Source: Geopsychrobacteraceae bacterium
GTDB lineage: Bacteria > Desulfobacterota > Desulfuromonadia > Desulfuromonadales > Geopsychrobacteraceae
Length of the DNA: 64,000 bases
Reading direction: 5' to 3'
NCBI GenBank assembly: GCA_963662315.1
Contig: OY759353.1
Location: 1,248,001-1,312,000 of the forward strand
Shown here in pieces: positions 62,086 through 64,000 of this stretch (position 1 is the stretch's first letter; every line of letters starts with the position of its first letter). The notes beneath the pieces are model-generated. The model searched no databases. It was not told where the DNA came from and saw only the letters and a list, made by a program, of their open reading frames with translations. A program made the translations under genes and the position numbers.

Positions 62086-63477
62086 CTAAAGCTGTTGTAG
62101 CCGCTGCCGTGCATAAACCTGCAGGTCGGCGCGTAACGTAGGCAACTGCAAGGCCGTTTGGTATGCGTTTCGAGCGATCGTGAGATCTCGGATCTGATCG
62201 GCACACAGCGCCAGGCCAAACCACCAGGTCGCATTGGCAGGTTGAACCTGCACCAAGTTCTGATAGGTTTTCAAAGCCGACTGATATTGCCCGGCATCGT
62301 GATAAAGAACCGCCAGTAATGCATAATATTCCTGATCCCGAGCCAGCTCTGGTTGCGGTGCTGCGCTTAACAGAGCTATCGCCTGATCAAAATCCTTATC
62401 AGTCATCAACTGACGTGCCAGTAACTTGCGTAATACTGGATCTTCCGGGGTCAACTCCAACCCCTGATGCAATACCTGGGCAGCTTCCGGCATCTGATGC
62501 TGCTGTTGCAATAGTCCGATCAACTGCATTCTGGCATCTATAAGTTCAGGACGCTCCTTAAGAGCCTGATAAAAACTGTCTTTTGCCGCCCGCATCTGCC
62601 CCTGGGTAAGTTGCCGCAAACCAGCCCGGTAAGCACTGACTCCAGGTTCAACCTTAACAGTGACCTTGTCAATTTTAGCTCCAGTGCTTGCTGTTTTTTC
62701 TGAGACCGATTGAACCGGCATCGATTCCGTAATAGCAGCCTTTGTCGTTACGGGAACAGACGTTTCAGGCGCTTTTGGCAGTGCTTTTGAGGGTAAACCT
62801 TCATTATCAGACTGTTTAATGGTGATCGTTAATAAAAATTCGGTGGCACTGGTCCGCGTTTGCACGGCATCGATAATCCCCTCTCGCTTCAGATCCACCA
62901 GCAGCTGGAGTGCATTATTCCCCGGCTTGAGACTGAATTCTTTTAGCAGACTGGCACTGGCAAAATCCGGCACCGTTAAACGGCGACCGATGATGGCAGT
63001 TGGAAAAGTAATCACCAGGCGCTTATTGCCGTCGTTATTCTGGTCAAGGCGATATTCCGGAATCGTTGAAAAATGCAGCTTAAAAACCAGCATATCCGGC
63101 TCAGCAACCAGATCGAGAGCTGACAATTCAAGAGCTGTTTCTACCACAGGAGTAGCAGACGTATGCGTACTCGAAGATTCTGCGGCCGGAAGAGTATCAA
63201 CAACCGGTGCCTCAGCAACGTCTTCGCGCTGCTGAACCTCGGCGAAACTCGGCTGAACGGCAACACGAGAGACAGTTTCTGGTGCCGGCTCGGACTTCAA
63301 CTTAGAATACAAAAAGAAACTGCTTACGCTTCCGACCAAAACCAGACAACAGAGGACAATCACCACTCGGCGCCTGTTTTTTCCATCAGCAAACACTGCA
63401 GCAGCCGCTTGATCCCAATTGGGCTTGTGATCGCCTCGTTGTTCAAGGTCGCGCAACATGTCATTAATCAGGCTCAT
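62086..63477 (-). CDS. mshN: MshN-like TPR protein
   Basis: MSLINDMLRDLEQR start, TM helix, C-terminal TPRs (WWFGLAL...YARQRL). Confidence 0.85.
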   Translation of the reverse strand: MSLINDMLRDLEQRGDHKPNWDQAAAAVFADGKNRRRVVIVLCCLVLVGSVSSFFLYSKLKSEPAPETVSRVAVQPSFAEVQQREDVAEAPVVDTLPAAESSSTHTSATPVVETALELSALDLVAEPDMLVFKLHFSTIPEYRLDQNNDGNKRLVITFPTAIIGRRLTVPDFASASLLKEFSLKPGNNALQLLVDLKREGIIDAVQTRTSATEFLLTITIKQSDNEGLPSKALPKAPETSVPVTTKAAITESMPVQSVSEKTASTGAKIDKVTVKVEPGVSAYRAGLRQLTQGQMRAAKDSFYQALKERPELIDARMQLIGLLQQQHQMPEAAQVLHQGLELTPEDPVLRKLLARQLMTDKDFDQAIALLSAAPQPELARDQEYYALLAVLYHDAGQYQSALKTYQNLVQVQPANATWWFGLALCADQIRDLTIARNAYQTALQLPTLRADLQVYARQRLQQL

Positions 63478-64000
63478 TGCATTCCCTTCAGAATCCACAA
63501 CGTCAATATGGCTACCACCACAACCAAACCACACTCCAAGGCATATCTACGCCCGAAGTCTGCCCCATACCCAGACAGACCTGGGGTATCAGCAATCGCT
63601 CTTTTGACGAAAGATGCTGATATATGGGGAGCACCTTTCCCGTAAGCGGCAAGTAATGCCTTATTGGCCAGCAAATTCACCAGGCGGGGAACCCCGCCAC
63701 TGGCACGATGCAACAACCGACTGGCCCGGGAACTAAAAAGTCGCCTTCCCTGATACCCCGCAATTTTGAGACGATGATCAAGATAGGCAGACACTTCTCG
63801 CCGGGACAATTTTTTCAGTTCATACACAAAAGTGATCCGCTGGCGCAGCTGACGTAATTCAGACGTAGCAAGCCGCTGTTCAAATTCAGGCTGGGCAAAA
63901 AACACGATGTGTAGAAGTTTATCTTTTTCAGATTCAAGGTTACTCAACAGACGTAGCGCCTCAAGACTCTGGTACGGCATGGCCTGAGCTTCATCAATCA
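63474..64000 (-). CDS. mshM: ExeA/MshM-family AAA ATPase (C-terminal part; 5' end outside window)
   Basis: IDEAQ Walker B at the window edge, LRLLSNLE, LRQLRQRI, GGVPRLVNLLA. Confidence 0.88.
   Translation of the reverse strand, partial: IDEAQAMPYQSLEALRLLSNLESEKDKLLHIVFFAQPEFEQRLATSELRQLRQRITFVYELKKLSRREVSAYLDHRLKIAGYQGRRLFSSRASRLLHRASGGVPRLVNLLANKALLAAYGKGAPHISASFVKRAIADTPGLSGYGADFGRRYALECGLVVVVAILTLWILKGMQ

Noticed and set aside
1..64000. CRISPR arrays, IS elements, defence systems, programmed frameshifts
   Set aside because: No regularly spaced repeats, transposases, cas or defence genes, or split reading frames were seen by eye.

Overview
Mostly core chromosome of a Gram-negative bacterium whose gene content suggests Desulfuromonadales (Geobacter/Desulfuromonas relatives; inferred, not searched). 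Left to right: (1) an outer-membrane/lipid A block on the minus strand (lysS, lolC/E, lolD, bamA, skp, lpxD, fabZ, lpxA, lpxB, start of probable msbA); (2) a tightly packed operon of TPR lipoprotein, LolB-like lipoprotein, peptide ABC oppA/oppB, a stand-alone MshEN protein, oppC, a YchJ-like gene and mutM; (3) a plus-strand signalling locus: small membrane protein, a CrbS-type SLC5-STAC sensor ending in GAF plus a PP2C/SpoIIE phosphatase, a STAS anti-anti-sigma factor and an RsbW-like kinase, with no sigma factor nearby (best candidate for a poorly described system); (4) HAD hydrolase, lgt, RluA-family synthase, a 6S-RNA-like gene and the pheA-tyrA-aroA-cmk-rpsA-sppA-ihfB operon; (5) aminotransferase, LpoB-like pair, rlmKL, M16C peptidase, tRNA-Pro(TGG) followed by a duplicated 3' end; (6) mlaC/mlaA, MnmM-like methyltransferase, TerB, bamD, a CLC-F fluoride exporter and two tandem succinyl-CoA:acetate CoA-transferases; (7) an MSHA-type type IV pilus cluster (mshM partial to mshQ). 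No CRISPR array, transposase, integrase or prophage gene was recognised. All calls come from motif recognition by eye; no database search or folding program was run.
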